Position numbers and translations under genes: made by a program. Under the pieces are notes generated by a model. The model made no database searches. It was not told the origin of the DNA and saw only the letters and a list, made by a program, of their open reading frames with translations. This document shows, piece after piece, positions 63,408 to 64,000 of a stretch of DNA of 64,000 nt; positions within the stretch are counted from its first letter, which is position 1, and the number at the start of each line of letters is the position of its first letter. The stretch lies in contig JABVCE010000023.1 in the NCBI GenBank assembly GCA_014905635.1, positions 372,001-436,000 of the forward strand, read 5' to 3'. Source of the stretch: Scenedesmus sp. PABB004. Lineage: Eukaryota.

Positions 63408-64000
63408 ATGGCGAGCCCCACCACCGCCCAGGCGCCCCCCGACCGGACCCGCGCTCTGCCGGTAAGCGGGGCGGCCTGGGCAGCCGGGGGCGGGCGCTCG
63501 GCGCGTTCGAGCAGCGGGCGGCTGCTGGCGCACCGTAGCGGGGCGGGACCGGGCCAGGCGCGCGTGATCCGCGGCCGGCGCGGTCCCGGGAGCCCCCCCT
63601 GGTGCTTCCGCGGCCCGCCGTGGCCCGCGCGGCGAGCGGCGCGCGCCCGGCAGCGGCGGCGACGCGCGCTGCTGAATGCGCCCGCCCCGCCCGCGGCCGC
63701 CGCGCGCCCGGACTCACACGCCGTGTCGCGCCCTGTGCCGTTCGTGCCACGCGCAGGACGACAGCAACGGCGAGCAGGGCGGCCTGCCGCGCGAGCTGCT
63801 GGCGGGCGTGCTGGCGCGGCTGCCGCGCGCCGGCCGCCTGCGCGCCGCGCTGGCGTGCAGCGACTGGCGCGACGCGGCCACGGCTGCCACGACCAGCATC
63901 GTTGTGAAGGAGGCGACGCAGCCCCGCGCCGACGGCCTGGCAGCGTGGCTGGGCGCCCGCGGCAGGCAGGTGGCGCTGCTGGAGGTGGAGGCGCTGGTGC
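63408..64000 (+). CDS. F-box/LRR copy 4 (runs off the window; inverted relative to copies 1-3)
   Basis: Exon 1 is 63408-63461 (MASPTTAQAPPDRTRALP), followed by a GTAAGC donor. Exon 2 starts at 63757: DDSNGEQGGLPRELLAGVLARLPRAGRLRAALACSDWR. Confidence 0.85.
   Translation, partial: MASPTTAQAPPDRTRALPVSGAAWAAGGGRSARSSSGRLLAHRSGAGPGQARVIRGRRGPGSPPWCFRGPPWPARRAARARQRRRRALLNAPAPPAAAARPDSHAVSRPVPFVPRAGRQQRRAGRPAARAAGGRAGAAAARRPPARRAGVQRLARRGHGCHDQHRCEGGDAAPRRRPGSVAGRPRQAGGAAGGGGAG

Overview
This is eukaryotic nuclear DNA, not prokaryotic. It is extremely GC-rich (roughly 80% by eye), gene-dense, and full of short spliceosomal introns. TGTAA poly(A) signals and TTTAGGG-type telomeric motifs point to a chlorophyte green alga, probably Sphaeropleales (inference). 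Most long ORFs in the six-frame track are GC-rich artefacts, so I rebuilt the genes exon by exon. About 25 loci are visible: PIG-H, RGP1, a cyclin T-like protein, an Aurora-like kinase, a DUF1279 protein, a plastid phosphate translocator, a SET-domain protein, CCDC25, a class 3 lipase, MAP1, a peroxisomal Lon (-SKL), SDA1, RPL18a, a large LRR/IQ protein, two secreted proteins (one built from bacterial-type Ig/cadherin-like repeats), several orphans, and four dispersed copies of an F-box/LRR gene. Five observations stand out. (1) The F-box/LRR family has mosaic copies with hypervariable LRR faces and a shared pair of compensating frameshifts. (2) A duplication carried a neighbour's 3' end and poly(A) signal behind the kinase. 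(3) A 1.8-kb satellite has T4 tracts spaced at multiples of the helical repeat. (4) At least 14 introns use GC-AG splice sites. (5) Telomere-like motifs sit at intron ends. Several isolated 1-bp deletions in conserved genes look like assembly errors. No rRNA, tRNA, CRISPR array or transposase was recognised.
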